A DNA stretch of 63,732 nucleotides, the filler included, from Octopus bimaculoides (Eukaryota): NCBI RefSeq assembly GCF_001194135.2. It is 9 parts of 9 records of this genome, joined end to end, with 100 filler letters (N's around TTAATTAATTAA, not from the genome) between each part and the next. Parts side by side here need not be neighbours in the genome. Positions count along the whole stretch, not along the records: positions 58,216 to 63,732 come from NC_068983.1; 8 more parts are not named here. One strand, 5' to 3'. The translations under genes were made by a program, and so were the position numbers. The notes below the pieces were generated by a model. It did not search any database. It was not told the origin of the DNA and worked only from the letters and a program-made list of their open reading frames with translations. Below, piece by piece: positions 63,073 through 63,732 of this stretch. Positions within the stretch are counted from its first letter, which is position 1; the number at the start of each line of letters is the position of its first letter.

Positions 63073-63393
63073 AAGAGCACGTGTTACTAACCCCAAGNNN
63101 NNNNNNNNNNNNNNNNNNNNNNNNNNNNNNNNNNNNNNNNNNNNNNNNNNNNNNNNNNNNNNNNNNNNNNNNNNNNNNNNNNNNNNNNNNNNNNNNNNNN
63201 NNNNNNNNNNNNNNNNNNNNNNNNNNNNNNNNNNNNTGCTCTTCTCCTGTTGGTTTGGCAAAGGAGTCGGGCTTGACTGTGCAGGCCATTGGGGCATTTT
63301 ATAAGTGATGGGCACTCAACTCCCCTCACTGCCCCGGCATTGACAGAAAGTAAAAAAAAATAAAATAAAATAAAAAAATATTTAAGAATATTT

Positions 63394-63432
<39 letters not shown>

Positions 63433-63627
63433 TAGATAAAAGGAAAAGAAAAGGACGATCAACTAGGGAGGAAGGAAGTTATTTAACACAGGTTCAGTAT
63501 AATACATTCATATCGACAGAGAGAGTGGTTGCAAATACGAATGTGAGGTAGGTAGTTATTAGACATCAGGAAAGATGGTAGAAGGGTGGGTAAGGCGGAC
63601 ACACCACAGTAGAAAGGAGGTACTCAC

Positions 63628-63649
63628 TGCAACGTTCCTCACAGCCCAC
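63628..63649 (-). CDS. Candidate 22-nt small exon of an unidentified gene
   Basis: ttcttcttctttctttggttaaatcttaaatttacag|gtgggctgtgaggaacgttgca|gtgagt; frame unknown. Confidence 0.25.
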
Positions 63650-63732
63650 CTGTAAATTTAAGATTTAACCAAAGAAAGAAGAAGAAGCGTTAATCTGAAT
63701 CAAACGAAAACCTAGCTTACTGTTTGAATTGG

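Overview
Animal (eukaryotic) genomic DNA that is AT-rich and saturated with microsatellites and SINEs. The repeat families and composition point to an octopus/coleoid cephalopod draft assembly (inference). Eight TTAATTAATTAA spacers embedded in N runs show the window is stitched from about nine pieces, so adjacency across spacers is unverified. Almost all ORFs in the supplied track are microsatellite or gap artefacts. Two spliced gene fragments could be reconstructed by hand with GT-AG sites and consistent phases. (1) Minus strand 14498-19623: seven exons (225 codons) of a divergent IP3-receptor-like Ca2+ channel. (2) Plus strand 29622-40558: eight exons (~338 codons) of a senataxin/Sen1-like SF1 helicase; motifs Ia, II, III and IV are visible, motifs I, V and VI are not. 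Mobile DNA includes mariner, RTE, RLE-type (R4/NeSL-like) non-LTR and Penelope-like fragments, MITEs and several SINE families. Most notable observations: several minimal hammerhead-ribozyme-like motifs (one inside a tRNA-headed SINE-like element, one inside a 305-bp direct-repeat unit, one downstream of a GIY-YIG fragment); a ~0.6-kb inverted duplication enclosing a mariner relic and a 71-bp palindrome; a 35-bp pri-miRNA-like hairpin; a U6-SINE chimera; and a 6-nt candidate microexon. No CRISPR, rRNA or intact tRNA gene was seen.
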